Shown: positions 63,853 through 64,000 of the stretch, one piece after another | How positions within the stretch are numbered: the stretch's first letter is position 1 | Layout: each line of letters starts with the position of its first letter | IMG/VR virus record: IMGVR_UViG_3300045988_099276 | Location: 32,001 to 96,000 of that record | Source: a virus | Direction: 5' to 3' (one strand) | DNA length: 64,000 nucleotides | Program-made: the position numbers and the translations under genes | The notes under the pieces: generated by a model | Told to the model about the DNA's origin: nothing | The model's input: the letters and a program-made list of their open reading frames with translations, nothing else | Database searches by the model: none

Positions 63853-63897
63853 TTATCTAGCGGGGCAGATGCCCCCCCCCAGAAACGTATTATTCAT
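63853..63897 (-). CDS. poly-G leader ORF A (14 aa as sequenced, OFF frame)
   Basis: AAGGA SD then ATG; MNNTFLGGGICPAR* with G9. With G8 it reads MNNTFLGGASAPLDNLADRCG* and its TGA overlaps the fibre GTG (GTGGCTGA). Confidence 0.45.
   Translation of the reverse strand: MNNTFLGGGICPAR
63872..63880 (-). repeat. homopolymeric tract, G9 on the coding strand
   Basis: C9 run on the + strand inside leader ORF A. Confidence 0.95.
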
Positions 63898-63907
63898 ATC
63901 TACATCC

Positions 63908-64000
63908 TTAAATTTGTACCCACAGTTTAACATGTTCTTCTGTTGGCTTACTCACGCCAACATAAACAGTACCAACATCATCTGCAAGTTTACCATTGGT
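63908..64000 (-). CDS. tail fibre protein (3' end only; gene starts beyond the window)
   Basis: ...TNGKLADDVGTVYVGVSKPTEEHVKLWVQI*; the C-terminus is homologous to the ..QPT...CKLWIKI ends of the other fibres. Confidence 0.6.
   Translation of the reverse strand, partial: TNGKLADDVGTVYVGVSKPTEEHVKLWVQI

Noticed and set aside
53046-63897. Possibility that tract slippage fuses the leader peptides to the fibres as N-terminal extensions
   Set aside because: In every case the fibre reading frame has one or more stop codons between the G tract and the fibre start (for example TAA directly before the ATG at 53053, and TAG/TAA before 54181). No tract length produces a fusion.
52322-64000. Diversity-generating retroelement as the source of fibre variability
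   Set aside because: There is no reverse-transcriptase ORF and no template/variable repeat pair with A-specific mismatches. The repeated segments are in-frame paralogous protein modules.
1-64000. Alternative genetic code (stop-codon reassignment), as seen in some large gut phages
   Set aside because: Long genes (pol III alpha core, NrdD, topoisomerase, fibres) are uninterrupted in the standard code. The interruptions that do exist are explained by an intron, an intein and one frame change.
1-64000. Lysogeny module or integrative element
   Set aside because: No integrase, recombinase, CI/Cro-like repressor pair or att-like repeats were recognised in any frame. Absence from this window does not exclude them elsewhere in the genome.

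Overview
The window looks like a 64-kb stretch of a large, probably virulent, dsDNA phage. No integrase or repressor was seen. The host is probably an anaerobic Firmicute. Support for that: Gram-positive-type TTGACA-17-TGnTATAAT promoters, GGAGG-type SDs, a class III (anaerobic) RNR, and an endolysin with ChW-like repeats.

There are three transcription blocks.
(1) 1-8.1 kb, minus strand: early or auxiliary genes. These include an RNA-ligase-like enzyme, tRNA-Arg(UCU), dCMP deaminase, PhoH, a SpoU methyltransferase, an SPFH protein and a PNK-like kinase.
(2) 8.5-47 kb, plus strand: replication, nucleotide metabolism and RNA repair. These include Rnl2-like ligase, Ro/TROVE-vWA, a Pol-beta NTase, type IIA topoisomerase, DNA ligase, ThyX, SSB, a Sak4-like ATPase, DnaB, primase, RecJ, Pol III alpha, Gmk, a radical SAM protein, NrdD/NrdG, dUTPase, FolD and RuvC.
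(3) 47-64 kb, minus strand: lysis genes plus a very large tail-fibre / receptor-binding arsenal.

The replication block carries many selfish elements:
- a group I intron with a LAGLIDADG ORF that splits the Walker A motif of the Sak4-like ATPase;
- a LAGLIDADG intein in a radical SAM protein;
- three paralogous free-standing Zn-ribbon/DUF559-like endonuclease genes;
- a membrane-anchored GIY-YIG protein.

The most unusual signal is in the fibre block. Five homopolymeric G8-G10 tracts (C on the given strand) occur there and nowhere else in the window. Four lie inside short SD-bearing leader ORFs. At exactly one tract length, each leader's stop codon overlaps the start codon of a downstream receptor-binding gene; the three fibre genes among them have no visible SD and two use non-ATG starts. 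The fifth tract lies inside a tail-collar gene. I read this as a candidate slipped-strand, translational-coupling phase-variation system that could generate combinatorial host-range variants. In this sequence 1 of 4 leaders is in the ON length. Homopolymer sequencing error is the main alternative explanation.
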